DNA from: an uncultured Pseudobdellovibrionaceae bacterium
Lineage (GTDB): Bacteria > Bdellovibrionota > Bdellovibrionia > Bdellovibrionales > Bdellovibrionaceae
DNA length: 58,671 bases
Assembly: GCA_964522115.1 (NCBI GenBank)
Contig: CAZFSX010000001.1
Coordinates: 1-58,671, forward strand
Direction of reading: 5' to 3'
The position numbers and the translations under genes were made by a program. The notes below the pieces were generated by a model that saw nothing but the letters and a program-made list of their open reading frames with translations, ran no database searches and had not been told where the DNA came from. Positions 57,035 to 58,671 of this stretch are shown piece after piece (position 1 is the first letter of the stretch; each line of letters opens with the position of its first letter).

Positions 57035-58671
57035 ATGCAAAAACAATCAAATATATTTCTTTTACTAAGTTTATTTTTTTATCTCTTTACACAGGTTTTT
57101 TTTATTTATGCATCCATGGGACATCTCACGATGATGGACCAAGGCATTAAAAGTATTTCTCTTTTATTATTACTCCAGGCCTGTGGTGCTTTGATTTCAA
57201 GACTTATTAAAAATAATTTATTCAGTAAAAGAATCTATTGGATTTCAGCTAGTTTGTTTTATTCTTTTATTCCTCTATTTTTTTTGAACAATAAAAACTT
57301 CTCTAACACTCTAACTATTTTTACTTTTATCTTATATTTCTTTCTTAGTTCAAACCTATCACTTTATGTACTGAATAAACTTGGTTCTATTTCAAATCCA
57401 GATGAATATATTCTGCCAAAAAAAATTACTCTTGTAAGTACCACTTCTTACTTATTGGGTACTGCCATTGGACCATATATAGGTCTAGAAAAAAACTCAG
57501 AAACCATTGTTGCAATTTCGATGCTATCTTCATTTGTTGGTTTTTTGCTTCTAATTGCCGCCCTTAATTCAGAAACTAACGTGAAAGAACAATTGACCGA
57601 TAGAAGTTCGTACAAAAATATTCATTCAGACAGTTTTTTCTATATTTTTATTAATTTTTTGCTTTGGGTAACGTTTGGCGCACTACAAGTAATCGAAATT
57701 CCAATTTTGAAAGAACGTTTCAATTTTGATTCTCATACTATTTCACTTTTATTTTCATTAGCTCTCATTTCTAACATTATTTTTTCATCATTTTTTCACA
57801 AATTTTTCGGGAAAGAGTTTATTTTAAATTCAAAGCATTTGGCTCTAATACTTCTGATAACAATTTTAACCGTAATTTTTTATGGTGTTAATACGTTCAA
57901 GTTTTTTAACTGGCCAATAATGATTACAATCGGAGTCCTAAATGGCCTTTATCTTATTTGTTTAAACGGCTTGGTATTTCGCATTAGAATTGAATCGCAA
58001 AGATTAGTATTATTTCAGAATTTAAAAGTGGCAGAGTATTTCGGAACTATCTGTGGCTGCTTGCTGGCTGCATTATTTTCAAAATTGGACGGTAGTATAC
58101 TCATTTTATCTATTGGAATAATTGTCATTACATTTTTTTTAATTTTTCTTTTTTTACATTTTCGAAAAATTGCTTTTTTTGTTTTGCCTATAATTACAAT
58201 TATTTCTTACACAAAGCATTCCTATGCTAATCCAATCCGACACGACTTCAATGTTGTTATTCCAAGTTTACCAAAAAGCTGTCTACCAACGGAGGCGGGA
58301 TTAACACCATCAGCTCTAGTTTTTAATCAAATTTTTAATCGACTATATGAGTATACTGAACAAGATCTCGTAGAACCTGTACTTATCGCAAAACATGTTT
58401 GGTCGCAAAATGGTACCCATTTAAATCTTACCCTAAAGAAGGGAATATTTTTTTCAGACGGCACTGAATTAACTTCAAAGGATGTTTATTATAGCATAAC
58501 TAATTCTTTAAAACTTCTTAAAGGTGGTGCAGGATGGGCCTTTGGTAATATCAAGGGATATGACCAATTTAAGAAATCGTTAAACCTCAGTCACCTTTCT
58601 GGATTTAAAGTTATTGATAAATATAATATTTCCTTCACTTTTATGGTGCCCGATAAGGCTTTCATTTCAAT
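57035..58671 (+). CDS. MFS-like 12-TM permease fused via a 13th TM to a family-5 (peptide/nickel-type) solute-binding domain; 3'-truncated by the window edge
   Basis: It is absent from the supplied track because it has no stop before the window end. My manual translation from ATG 57035 gives 545 sense codons with no stop. About 12 hydrophobic helices are arranged 6+6 around a polar central loop (residues 178-200). They are followed by HFRK-IAFFVLPIITIISY-TKHSYA (signal-anchor-like), then ..LVFNQIFNRLYEY..DLVEPVLIAKHVWSQNGTHLNLTLKKGIFFSDGTELTSKDVYYSI.., the classic N-terminal pattern of SBP_bac_5 proteins. Confidence 0.75.
   Translation, partial: MQKQSNIFLLLSLFFYLFTQVFFIYASMGHLTMMDQGIKSISLLLLLQACGALISRLIKNNLFSKRIYWISASLFYSFIPLFFLNNKNFSNTLTIFTFILYFFLSSNLSLYVLNKLGSISNPDEYILPKKITLVSTTSYLLGTAIGPYIGLEKNSETIVAISMLSSFVGFLLLIAALNSETNVKEQLTDRSSYKNIHSDSFFYIFINFLLWVTFGALQVIEIPILKERFNFDSHTISLLFSLALISNIIFSSFFHKFFGKEFILNSKHLALILLITILTVIFYGVNTFKFFNWPIMITIGVLNGLYLICLNGLVFRIRIESQRLVLFQNLKVAEYFGTICGCLLAALFSKLDGSILILSIGIIVITFFLIFLFLHFRKIAFFVLPIITIISYTKHSYANPIRHDFNVVIPSLPKSCLPTEAGLTPSALVFNQIFNRLYEYTEQDLVEPVLIAKHVWSQNGTHLNLTLKKGIFFSDGTELTSKDVYYSITNSLKLLKGGAGWAFGNIKGYDQFKKSLNLSHLSGFKVIDKYNISFTFMVPDKAFIS

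Overview
This is a 58.7-kb chromosomal segment from a low-G+C diderm bacterium. My best guess at the lineage is Bdellovibrionota/Oligoflexia. That guess is inference only, from gene content, a recurring 'FQNC' lipoprotein lipobox and a bacterial histone-fold domain. The backbone is housekeeping: nagZ (5'-truncated), a tonB-like gene, galU, priA, the conserved rpsB-tsf-pyrH-frr-uppS-cdsA-rseP-tsaB block, rluD, an OPT transporter, type III glutamine synthetase, clpP-clpX-lon, pepA, tig and ftsE-ftsX/envC-ctpA. Many lineage-specific exported proteins or lipoproteins of unknown function lie between these. I found no rRNA, tRNA, CRISPR array, transposase or IS element.

The items most worth following up are:
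1. An AT-rich cassette at the 3' end that the ORF track misses. It reads sigma70-like promoter, 22-codon ORF, strong intrinsic terminator, then a 12-TM MFS-like permease fused through a 13th TM to a family-5 solute-binding domain (open at the window end).
2. FtsX and an EnvC-like coiled-coil plus degenerate LytM protein encoded as one polypeptide joined by an extra TM.
3. A cross-brace zinc finger, Ser-rich linker and histone-fold (DUF1931 / bacterial-histone-like) protein, coupled to a small membrane protein.
4. An M17 PepA homologue in which the bridging metal ligand Asp and the catalytic Lys are replaced.
5. A tightly overlapped operon with two ArsA/Get3-like ATPases and no ars genes.
6. 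A J-like domain lacking HPD, fused to a RodZ-type HTH, next to a MinD/ParA ATPase.
7. An AT-rich block at about 25-30.5 kb.

All functional calls come from reading the translations for motifs. No database search was possible.
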